Numbered from the stretch's first letter, positions 10,084 to 17,577 are shown. The stretch: 53,443 nucleotides of DNA from Sphingorhabdus sp. (GCF_044354325.1 NZ_JBILAF010000001.1:1-53443); one strand, 5' to 3'. Numbers and translations: made by a program. The notes: generated by a model not told the origin, from the letters alone.

Positions 10084-10944
10084 TTAGGCTGTTGCCAGCA
10101 ACGCTTCAGCGAATGCGGTGCCATGGTCGGGCGCAAAGCGCAGGAAAAGCGATGGTTCGATCAGCTCCAGCTCCATCAAACGGAATATACCATCGCCATC
10201 GCGCAATATGTCGACCCGGGCATAAGCCAGCGTGCCCGTGCCGGTGATGGATGCGGTGGCGGCGAAGGCGCGCTGTGCCAGATCTTGCGCTGCGGCAGGC
10301 GGTGTCACCGCCGCTTCATAGCCGCCATATTGTTCCTGCACGCGGAAATCGCCCGCGGCTGGACGCTTAATGATGGCGTGGCTGAAATTGCCGCCAAAGT
10401 AGAAGAGCGAATATTCGCCTTCCTCGGCTATCGTTGGCAGATAGGGTTGGATCATCATGCGCTGCCCGGCGACCGAGCCGGGAATGCCTTCGCCAAGCGT
10501 CAGCCGGAACGTCCCGTCGGCACCGCCCGAAATAGGCGGTTTGACCACGAGCGTGTCGACGGCAAAATTGGCGCGGGCATGGTCAAGCGCGGCGGCATCC
10601 AGCGCGTCACTTACCAATGTTGGTACGGACGATATGCCGAGCGCATCCAATTCTGCCAGATAGGATTTATCGCTGTTCCACCGCAAGATGCTGACCGGAT
10701 TGGACACGGGGATGCCCTCTGCCTCCAACCGGTCAAGCAGGGCAAACCAGCGCGAACAATCGCGCGGATATCCCCATGCCAATAATGGCGTGACCAAATC
10801 AAAGCCGCTCAAGTCGTCCGCCTTGGTCCAGTCGATAAAGGTCGCCTGATCGCCCAACAGCCGCGTGTAGTCCGCCTCTATATGCGACCAGTTTTCTTCA
10901 TATTCGGGGACGGGGGCGAGAATCGCGATCTTTGGCACGGTCAT
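10084..10944 (-). CDS. ATP-grasp protein (glutathione synthetase-like/RimK-like)
   Basis: WNSDKSYL, VVKPPISGGA, IQPYL..I..EGE.SL, DFRVQ, YARVD, LMELELIEPSLFL. Confidence 0.8.
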   Translation of the reverse strand: MTVPKIAILAPVPEYEENWSHIEADYTRLLGDQATFIDWTKADDLSGFDLVTPLLAWGYPRDCSRWFALLDRLEAEGIPVSNPVSILRWNSDKSYLAELDALGISSVPTLVSDALDAAALDHARANFAVDTLVVKPPISGGADGTFRLTLGEGIPGSVAGQRMMIQPYLPTIAEEGEYSLFYFGGNFSHAIIKRPAAGDFRVQEQYGGYEAAVTPPAAAQDLAQRAFAATASITGTGTLAYARVDILRDGDGIFRLMELELIEPSLFLRFAPDHGTAFAEALLATA

Positions 10945-11354
10945 TCACCCGCCATCTTCAATATCTCTTTCCATTCGGATTCACGCACGGGCGCTACCGA
11001 CAGACGCGATTGCCGCAGCATTTCCATTTCGGCCAGATTTGGGTTCGCCTTTATGGCCTTTAGCGTCACCGATTGGGCCAACTTGCGTGACGGCTTGACC
11101 TTGACCGCAACAAAGCGCGCCTTTTCATCTGTTGGGTCGATGAAATGTTCTTGGCTGATCGTGATGATAGCAACAATCTCAAGCCCGATATTGCTGTGGT
11201 AGAAAAAAGCTTGGTCGCCGACCTTCATCGTGCGCAGGTTTATCGCCGCGCTATGGTTGCGCACGCCGTCCCAGGTGCCTTCGCCTTCGGCCACCAAATC
11301 ATCATAACTATACACGTCGGGTTCGGACTTCATCAGCCAAAATTGTTTTGCCAC
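10941..11354 (-). CDS. EVE domain protein
   Basis: WLMKSEP..YS, WDGVRN, MKVGDQAFFYHS, RLSVAPV...EW. Confidence 0.93.
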   Translation of the reverse strand: MAKQFWLMKSEPDVYSYDDLVAEGEGTWDGVRNHSAAINLRTMKVGDQAFFYHSNIGLEIVAIITISQEHFIDPTDEKARFVAVKVKPSRKLAQSVTLKAIKANPNLAEMEMLRQSRLSVAPVRESEWKEILKMAGE

Positions 11355-11407
11355 TATCTACTCCTTTTCGCTGGCAAGCCTTTAAGGCAGGCAGTAACAC
11401 GCTGTCC

Positions 11408-12340
11408 ATGACACATATGCCCGTTATTTCTTTGCGCAGCGGCGATGCCGACGCGCTTGGCCAGCAGCTTGGTAGCTCTTTCCAGACCTATGGCTTTGCG
11501 ACCGTTGTCGATCATGGACTTGATCCGGATCTGGTCGCCAAGGCCTGGGCGCTGACGAAACAGCTGTTCGAACAATCCGAGTCGCAAAAGATGAAGGGGT
11601 TCGATACCGCAATTGCGGGCCAGCGCGGTTACACCCCGTTCAAAACGGAAATAGCCAAGGGCGCGGACTATCATGATCTGAAGGAATTTTGGCATGTCGG
11701 GCGTGATGTCGCGCCGGACAGCCCATTGGCGGGATCGATGTTGCCGAATATCTGGCCAGATGTTCCCGAGTTTAAAGAGACGTTCCAGTTGCTCTTTGCC
11801 GAAATGGATAAGGTCGGCGCGCGGATATTGTCCTCGATCGCCCGCTATCTCGATTTGCCCGCGGACTGGTTCGACCCGACGATTGAGGATGGCAATTCGA
11901 TTTTGCGGTTGCTGCATTACCCACCAATCGCCGGTGACGCCGAAGGCTGCATCCGCGCCGGCGCGCATGAGGATATCAATCTGATAACGCTCTTGCTGGG
12001 TGCCGAAGAGGCCGGGCTGCAGATTTTGCGCCCCGACGGCAGCTGGATGGACGTCTCGCCACCTCAGGGCGGTTTGGCGGTCAATGTGGGGGACATGTTG
12101 CAGCGGCTGACCAACCATATGTTGCCGTCGACGACGCACCGTGTGGTCAACCCGACGGGCGATCGTTCGCGGTTCAGCCGCTACTCCATGCCATTCTTCC
12201 TGCATCTGCGGTCTGACTTCCCAATCGCCACGCTGCCGCAATGCGTGAGCGCCGAAAACCGGAATCGCTATCCCGACCCGATTCTCGCCGATGATTATCT
12301 GCGCGAACGTTTGATCGAGATTGGTTTGCTTAAGGCATAA
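11408..12340 (+). CDS. 2OG-Fe(II) oxygenase, isopenicillin N synthase family
   Basis: LRLLHYPP, HxD (HEDINLITLL), VNVGDML, distal His (TTHRV), RxS (RYSMPFF). Confidence 0.9.
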   Translation: MTHMPVISLRSGDADALGQQLGSSFQTYGFATVVDHGLDPDLVAKAWALTKQLFEQSESQKMKGFDTAIAGQRGYTPFKTEIAKGADYHDLKEFWHVGRDVAPDSPLAGSMLPNIWPDVPEFKETFQLLFAEMDKVGARILSSIARYLDLPADWFDPTIEDGNSILRLLHYPPIAGDAEGCIRAGAHEDINLITLLLGAEEAGLQILRPDGSWMDVSPPQGGLAVNVGDMLQRLTNHMLPSTTHRVVNPTGDRSRFSRYSMPFFLHLRSDFPIATLPQCVSAENRNRYPDPILADDYLRERLIEIGLLKA

Positions 12341-12441
12341 GGTCGCCGCCAAAGATCGCCACCGCCCCGCGTTACATTGACAAGCTTCACGCAAAGACAG
12401 GGGTGTAACTGTCCAGTCTGTCAATTTAGCAGTCCCGCCAT

Positions 12442-12474
12442 AATCCTCCCCATCGCAAGTGGATGGGGAGGATT
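12442..12474. repeat. Perfect 13-bp palindrome (REP-like element or terminator)
   Basis: AATCCTCCCCATC-GCAAGTG-GATGGGGAGGATT. Confidence 0.75.
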
Positions 12475-12697
12475 CACGCGCATCACGGTACCAGCGTTCA
12501 TCCTCGCTCCGCAGCGCGCTGCGCAATATCCGCATATCGGGCTCGCCATTCACCGTCACGGACCCGCCGCGCAGCACGCGGACGGTGGTGACGCCGAAGA
12601 TTTAGATACTCGCAATGCCGCGCTTGCGCCTCTGCGTGAACATCTTTCGGGAACGTGGATTGAAGGCAAGCTTGGCGGCAACAATTGTGTCCGGATT

Positions 12698-12722
12698 TGA
12701 ACCAAGATGACCTTCGGGCGTT
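12698..12722 (+). promoter_or_regulatory. EcfG-type promoter upstream of two microproteins
   Basis: TGAAC-N16-CGTT (one mismatch to GGAAC-N16-CGTT). Confidence 0.6.
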
Positions 12723-12760
12723 ATCCCAAGGCGCAGCATGTGAGGAGAGGCTGCATACGC

Positions 12761-12835
12761 GTGCGGTACGTTCTGACTGCTTCGCTGACCCTTGCGGTTG
12801 TGGCCATGTTCATTGTTTATTTGGAGTCCCTATGA
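12761..12835 (+). CDS. Putative 24-aa single-pass membrane microprotein
   Basis: GTG start after GAGGAGAGG; MRYVLTASLTLAVVAMFIVYLESL; its TGA overlaps the next ATG (ATGA). An in-frame ATG at 12707 lies inside the promoter. Confidence 0.5.
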   Translation: MRYVLTASLTLAVVAMFIVYLESL

Positions 12836-13002
12836 CCAATATTGAAAATCTGATCGATCCCGATCCAAAACCATATAGCCCACCAAATGAAGTTCCGGGC
12901 ACTTCGCCCGATGAAGTCATCCCGGGCCAAGGCGATACCGATTTCCCCGGAAGCATTCCCAACGAAACGCCAATGGAACCGCCGGTCACTGATCCAAATT
13001 AG
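12832..13002 (+). CDS. Putative 56-aa Pro/acidic-rich disordered microprotein
   Basis: GGAG RBS 5 nt before ATG; MTNIENLIDPDPKPYSPPNEVPGTSPDEVIPGQGDTDFPGSIPNETPMEPPVTDPN; followed by a hairpin. Confidence 0.6.
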   Translation: MTNIENLIDPDPKPYSPPNEVPGTSPDEVIPGQGDTDFPGSIPNETPMEPPVTDPN

Positions 13003-13012
13003 GATGGCAAAA

Positions 13013-13052
13013 CCAACAGGGCTGCGCGGATGAACCGAACAGCCCTGCTTGG
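13013..13052. terminator. Hairpin between convergent genes
   Basis: CCAA-CAGGGCTG..CGG-ATGAA-CCG..CAGCCCTG-C-TTGG. Confidence 0.6.
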
Positions 13053-13066
13053 ACTTTTAGCGTGTT

Positions 13067-13531
13067 TCAGCCTGCCGTTCCCGGATTGAACGATGGCGGG
13101 TCGCTGGCGGGGAAGGATGCATCTGACATGTCATCAACATCGCCCCAATCGTCACCGGGATTATCCCGCATGAATTTAGCCCCAGCGGGGCGCGTTTGAT
13201 CGAAATTTTCTCGGTCAGTTTCGTCATTTGCGAACGCTGCGGAAAATTCATTTTTCCACTCTTCAGCCTTCGGTAACCATTGATTACGGGTGGCATATAG
13301 GCCGGCGCCAACGGCGACGACTGCGCCTACGACCGAGGCAACGGTGCCGAACCAAGATGGCAACCGCGATGTGCGTTGACCTTTTGGGCGACCCCCTCGG
13401 CTTTTGGCGGATTTGGCTGTGGTCTTGGGACGCGACGCTTGGCTCAGCTTACTTTTATGGGTTGCCGTGCCTTGCGCGGATCCGTTGTTACTATTGTTCA
13501 TCGATTTCTTCTGCGTATCTGAATTGGCCAT
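13067..13531 (-). CDS. Hypothetical stress protein: basic N-terminus, one TM helix, C-terminal SFPASDPP motif
   Basis: ATG 13531 after AGGAAAG; K/R-rich N-terminus, hydrophobic VASVVGAVVAVGAGLY, acidic tail DVDDMSDASFPASDPPSF. Confidence 0.8.
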   Translation of the reverse strand: MANSDTQKKSMNNSNNGSAQGTATHKSKLSQASRPKTTAKSAKSRGGRPKGQRTSRLPSWFGTVASVVGAVVAVGAGLYATRNQWLPKAEEWKNEFSAAFANDETDRENFDQTRPAGAKFMRDNPGDDWGDVDDMSDASFPASDPPSFNPGTAG

Positions 13532-13574
13532 GATGTTCGCTTTCCTGGTGACTTTGGTTTGCTCAATGAATGTT

Positions 13575-13599
13575 AACAAGTCGGCAGAGGCATCGTTCC
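13575..13599 (-). promoter_or_regulatory. EcfG-type promoter
   Basis: Minus strand GGAAC-N16-TGTT upstream of the SFPASDPP gene. Confidence 0.7.
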
Positions 13600-13647
13600 G
13601 CGCTACACCTTCCATTAAGGGCGATTGAACGATTTGGCCGTAAAGCT

Positions 13648-13672
13648 GGAACCAATCGGCACGAGCACTGTT
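13648..13672 (+). promoter_or_regulatory. EcfG-type promoter
   Basis: GGAAC-N16-TGTT upstream of the GlsB-family gene. Confidence 0.7.
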
Positions 13673-13702
13673 TTCCCCCGCACTCTGAAAGGGAGAACGA
13701 AC

Positions 13703-13972
13703 ATGAATATCATTATTCTCTTGGTTGTCGGCGGTATCTTGGGTTGGCTTGCCAGCATCGTCATGCGTACCGACGGTCAACAAGGCATTTTCCTGAACAT
13801 CATCGTCGGCATTGTAGGTGCCTTCCTTGCAGGATTCATCATCACGCCACTTATCGGCGGCGCGCCCGTGACCAGCGGTGCCTTCGACATCCGGTCGTTG
13901 ATCGCATCGTTCCTTGGCGCGGTGGTTCTATTGGCGATCGTTAATCTCTTACGTCGCGGTAGCGTCCGTTAA
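13703..13972 (+). CDS. GlsB/YeaQ/YmgE family stress membrane protein
   Basis: GGILGWLAS..M, NIIVGIVGA, S.LGAVVLLAI; GGGAGA RBS. Confidence 0.92.
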   Translation: MNIIILLVVGGILGWLASIVMRTDGQQGIFLNIIVGIVGAFLAGFIITPLIGGAPVTSGAFDIRSLIASFLGAVVLLAIVNLLRRGSVR

Positions 13973-13994
13973 TTTTGAACAGAGGGAAATATCT

Positions 13995-14282
13995 ATGAAA
14001 AAGTCCATTATGATTCTCGCCGCGTCTTTGTCGCTTGCCACACTTGGCGCATGTGACGGAGCAACCGAAAATGCACAAGAAGATCAGGCTGATGCCGTTC
14101 GTGAGAACGCGGAAGTCCAAGCAGACGCTATGGAAGAAAAAGCCGATGCGACTGACACAAAAGTCGACGGCATGGATACGGCCACTGAAAACAAAATGGA
14201 AGCCGATGCACAAGCGGTCCGTGAAAAGGGCGACGCAAAGGCTGACGCGATGGAAGATGCCGCTGACAAGCAAGACAAATAA
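13995..14282 (+). CDS. Small acidic, Ala-rich lipoprotein
   Basis: Signal peptide with lipobox LGAC; internal repeats (ADAVRE/AQAVRE, ADAMEE/ADAMED). Confidence 0.85.
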   Translation: MKKSIMILAASLSLATLGACDGATENAQEDQADAVRENAEVQADAMEEKADATDTKVDGMDTATENKMEADAQAVREKGDAKADAMEDAADKQDK

Positions 14283-14305
14283 AACGTCTCTTAGTCGAAC
14301 AAAAG

Positions 14306-14334
14306 GGCTCGCCGGGAAACTGGCGGGCCATTTT
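14306..14334 (+). terminator. Intrinsic terminator
   Basis: GGCTCGCCGG-GAAA-CTGGCGGGCC-ATTTT. Confidence 0.7.
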
Positions 14335-14392
14335 ATTGCCGCCGGATGCCAAAGGTCGGTTAAGTGCCTATGAAGCGCTCAGCAAAGGCGAT

Positions 14393-15013
14393 TTATGGTG
14401 ATATGCTTGGCTTGGGTTGTGGAGTATCTTTTGCCGCTTCCTTCGCGCGTTTGCGTGGCGCTGCTTTCACGCGCAGTGGTTCATCAGGCCCATTGATGAG
14501 CGCGGTCAAGGCAACGCGGCCACGCGCAAGCCGGCTTTTTACTGTCCCAATAGCGCAGCCCGTGATTTCGGCCGCCTCTTCATAGCTCGCACCACCTGCA
14601 CCAACGATCATGAGGATTTCGCGCTGCTCCGCGGGCAATTTTTGCAACGCCTTTTCGACATCTTGCATATGGATATAGTGCTGTTGCGGCGGAGCCTCGA
14701 CCAACAGCCGTTCTGCGGCCTCGGGATCCCAACTTGTCATGCGCGCATTTTTGCGCATCGTCGTGTAAAACTGGTTGCGCAATATCATGAACATCCAGGC
14801 GCGAAAGTTGGTACCAGGAGTGAAGCTTTCATGCGCGGCCCACGCCCGCATCATGGCCTCTTGCGCAAGATCATCGGCAAGCTCCCGATTTCCGCACAGG
14901 CCACGCGCAAACGCACGTAACGACGGAATAATCGCGATCATTTGTGCGCGAAAATCAGCGGATGCATCCGACTTTTCGGACTTAGGGATCGGTTCCGTCG
15001 CGGAACTACTCAC
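14393..15013 (-). CDS. ecfG: ECF sigma factor of the general stress response (ECF15)
   Basis: IPSLRAFARGLCG...ADDLAQE..MRAW....FTPGTNFRAWMF.ILRN; SYEEAAEI.GCAIGTVKSRLARGR; GTGA overlap with nepR. Confidence 0.92.
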   Translation of the reverse strand: MSSSATEPIPKSEKSDASADFRAQMIAIIPSLRAFARGLCGNRELADDLAQEAMMRAWAAHESFTPGTNFRAWMFMILRNQFYTTMRKNARMTSWDPEAAERLLVEAPPQQHYIHMQDVEKALQKLPAEQREILMIVGAGGASYEEAAEITGCAIGTVKSRLARGRVALTALINGPDEPLRVKAAPRKRAKEAAKDTPQPKPSISP

Positions 15014-15198
15014 TGGAACTTCTTCGACGCCGACATCTTTGCGTCAATCATATCCAGCAGGTTCAAAAAATCGTCAGGGATAGGTTCATTGGCAACGCTC
15101 TCGTGCATTTGACGCAGTGCAGCGGTCAATGGATCGAATTCAAAATCCATGTCTTCACCAATCGCGCCAAGCGGTTGCTTGCCCTTATTACTGCTCAC
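15010..15198 (-). CDS. nepR: Anti-sigma factor NepR
   Basis: L..ALRQMHESVANEPIPDDFLNLLD signature; GTG start after GGGAGGG; directly upstream of ecfG. Confidence 0.9.
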   Translation of the reverse strand: MSSNKGKQPLGAIGEDMDFEFDPLTAALRQMHESVANEPIPDDFLNLLDMIDAKMSASKKFQ

Positions 15199-15326
15199 TA
15201 GTTGACCCTCCCAGGTGCTTACTGCATCGGAAAATCTGACCGCCTCCGGGTGACCATGTCCTGAAGGAATTCCCATGGTTCAATACCATGGACCGGGCTG
15301 AAACTGATGCATTTTCATATGCGATA

Positions 15327-15351
15327 AAGTCACGACGCGAGATAATGTTCC
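15327..15351 (-). promoter_or_regulatory. EcfG-type promoter for nepR-ecfG
   Basis: Minus strand GGAAC-N16-ACTT. Confidence 0.6.
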
Positions 15352-15358
15352 ATCGCAG

Positions 15359-15383
15359 GGAACAAAAAAGCGTTTCAAACGTA
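15359..15383 (+). promoter_or_regulatory. EcfG-type promoter for phyR
   Basis: GGAAC-N16-CGTA, back-to-back with the nepR promoter. Confidence 0.65.
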
Positions 15384-15410
15384 TAGCATTGGATAACAAA
15401 GGGAGTGATC

Positions 15411-16193
15411 ATGTCATTTAGGCAACAACTGGCAATGCAATTGCCATACCTACGGCGTTACGCACGTGCACTGACGGGGTCACAGACATTGGGGGACGCA
15501 GCAGTACGCGAAACGCTCGAAGCGTTGTTGGAAGCACCCGAAGAGTGGGATGACGCAGCACCGGTGAAGACGGAGTTGTTCAGAACATTTCACCGCATTT
15601 GGCGTAGCGACATGATCGTGCCGCTCCAATCACGCGGCCGCAGCGGTGTCATCGCCGAATTTCCGATAAAGCGCCGTCAGAGCCTGCTTTTGTCCACGGT
15701 TGAAGGATTCAAGGCACATGAAGTGGCCAAAATATAGGGCATTTCGGAATCCGACGTAAACAGCCATGTTGTCGCTGCCCGAAGCGCCATTGAAGATGCG
15801 CTTTGTGAGCGCGTGCTCATTATTGAAGATGAAACGATCATCGCATTGCATATCAAACAGATCGTCGAAAATCTGGGGCATGAAGCGATCGCAATCGTCC
15901 GGACACGCGCAGAAGCAGTTGCAATGGCCCGCGATGAACGGCCTGAACTGATTTTGGCGGACATCAGCCTTGCGGACGGCTCAAGCGGTATAGATGCCGT
16001 AAAGGATATTCTGGCCGAACAGACCGTGCCAGTGATCTTCATTACAGCGTTCCCGGAAAGGCTACTTACTGGCGAGCGCCCAGAACCGACATATCTGATT
16101 ACAAAGCCGTTTGAGCCCGCAACGGTCATTGCAACCATCGGTCAGGCGCTGCTGATGCATCGTGAAATCGATATAAATTCCGAAGCCGCATAG
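15411..16193 (+). pseudogene. phyR: PhyR anti-anti-sigma response regulator interrupted by an in-frame TAG (15735-15737)
   Basis: Sigma-like domain (LPYLRRYARALTGSQ..GDA.V) and receiver domain (VLIIEDE..IAL, LILADISLADGSSG, FITAFPERLLTGERPEPTYLITKPF) lie in one frame of 260 codons, broken only by ...EVAKI*GISES... Confidence 0.9.
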
Positions 16194-16200
16194 TTATTCG

Positions 16201-16225
16201 GGAACAAAGTTTATTAAAGGACGTT
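16201..16225 (+). promoter_or_regulatory. Perfect-consensus EcfG promoter with no downstream CDS
   Basis: GGAAC-AAAGTTTATTAAAGGA-CGTT (GGAAC-N16-CGTT). Confidence 0.8.
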
Positions 16226-16230
16226 TGCCT

Positions 16231-16351
16231 TATCTGAATGACATAATCGTGCGCGAAGGTTCGCGTAAAACAGTTTACCCCGCCGGTCTCCCCCCCCACC
16301 ATTAGACCGGCACCCTAAACACCCCGGCTTATGGCTGGGGTGTTTTTCTTT
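16231..16351 (+). ncRNA. Candidate EcfG-dependent small RNA with a C-rich loop
   Basis: Follows the promoter; small hairpin 16250-16267, GCCGGTCT-[CCCCCCCCACCATT]-AGACCGGC hairpin 16282-16311, then a terminator. The 5' end is estimated. Confidence 0.7.
16317..16351 (+). terminator. Intrinsic terminator ending the candidate sRNA
   Basis: AAACACCCCGGC-TTATG-GCTGGGGTGTTT-TTCTTT. Confidence 0.85.
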
Positions 16352-16461
16352 GTGCAGACGACATGCAAGATAAAATCCTCGTTACCGCTGGCTTAGCTTG
16401 CGGGCGTGTCGTTCTTCCCGTCACGCATCTGCTGTGGTTCAGTCTGCCCGTCTAAGGCTGT

Positions 16462-17325
16462 TTATGTTGCGGGGATTAACAGCTTTGGATCAATGCGCGC
16501 ATTGTTCCATTTCATGCCCCAATGCAGATGTGGGCCGCTTGCCCGTCCCGTCGCGCCAACACGCCCGATGACTTGCCCCTGCTTCACATAATCGCCTTCT
16601 TTTACGAGCAGTTCGGAGCAGTGTAAAAATGCGCTGTTGAGGCCCATGCCATGATCAATCATCAGCAAATGCCCCTCCAGCGTGAAGGCATCTGTGGCCG
16701 CAAGCGTCACGACACCGTCCGCCGGTGCGACAAAATCTGTCCCATTCGGTGCGGCAATGTCCATGCCGCTATGATAGCTGCCGGGTATCCCGTTATAGAT
16801 ACGCTGCGCGCCAAATAGGCCAGACGTCCGGCCAGCCACTGGGCGCATAAATGCCTGCCGCCAGCCATTACCCAGCGTGGTTTTGGCCCGCGCTGCATTT
16901 ATGCGTTCGAGCTCCGCGCCGCGTCTTGCCGCAAACTCTGCCGTTGTTTTTGCGCCGCCCGTCGGGTTCGCAGAAACATGTTCAATCCGCCAGTTGCCCG
17001 GTGTTATGGCCAAAGTGCGATCCAGCGTTCGGCCATCGGCGAATGTCGCGGTCAGGATCGCGCTGCTTTCTGCATCGCGGTCAAAACCCATCAGGAAAAA
17101 GCCGTCGGCTGTCAGCGGCAGGGCAACGCCGTTAAGCGTGACGGACAGTGCACCGCTTGGCGCTCGCGCGATGACGAGACCCCCTTGTATCGCTGGCGCA
17201 GACATCCAGAAATCTGTGGGGGCAGATGGCTGTTGGGTATTTGCGGTTGGTGCGGCCGCGACGCTTAATGGCTGCGCGGCGATCCCCGCGAGGGCGGCTA
17301 AAAAAATCCAGCCGGAACGCTGCAA
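16462..17325 (-). CDS. M23 family metallopeptidase
   Basis: Signal peptide; HSGMD (HxxxD) and GPHLHW (HxH). Confidence 0.9.
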   Translation of the reverse strand: MQRSGWIFLAALAGIAAQPLSVAAAPTANTQQPSAPTDFWMSAPAIQGGLVIARAPSGALSVTLNGVALPLTADGFFLMGFDRDAESSAILTATFADGRTLDRTLAITPGNWRIEHVSANPTGGAKTTAEFAARRGAELERINAARAKTTLGNGWRQAFMRPVAGRTSGLFGAQRIYNGIPGSYHSGMDIAAPNGTDFVAPADGVVTLAATDAFTLEGHLLMIDHGMGLNSAFLHCSELLVKEGDYVKQGQVIGRVGATGRASGPHLHWGMKWNNARIDPKLLIPAT

Positions 17326-17329
17326 TCCA

Positions 17330-17533
17330 TCAGCCCTTTTTCATCGTCGCGCGAACGGATGCATCGGCGCTGACATAGGGTTCCTGTTTGACGACGCTCC
17401 AATAGCGCAATTCTTCCAATGGAATGGCCTGCCCCGTTTCGGCGCACAGGACATGGTCGCCTGCGGTCAGCATACGAAAACTGTTTGCCATATAATGCAG
17501 GCGGGCGACTTTATTTTTGGAAGACATCAACAT
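17330..17533 (-). CDS. DUF2093 family protein
   Basis: A.LHY....F.....GDHVLCA.TG..IPLEELRYWSV..QEPY. Confidence 0.85.
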   Translation of the reverse strand: MLMSSKNKVARLHYMANSFRMLTAGDHVLCAETGQAIPLEELRYWSVVKQEPYVSADASVRATMKKG

Positions 17534-17577
17534 GTGGACATTATGGCGCATCGATACTGAATGGGCAATGCACGGCT

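Noticed and set aside
11354-12577. 407-aa minus-strand ORF
   Set aside because: Mostly the antisense shadow of the 2OG-Fe(II) oxygenase; only its first ~35 codons look coding and are treated as a possible remnant.
15735-15737. Pyrrolysine or genome-wide TAG recoding
   Set aside because: TAG ends ordinary genes in this window (e.g. at 9022 and 29124) and no pyl genes are visible.
15405-16193. Two separate genes (110-aa sigma-like and 126-aa receiver) as in the ORF track
   Set aside because: Same frame with a PhyR-like linker continuing across one TAG; better explained as one interrupted phyR.
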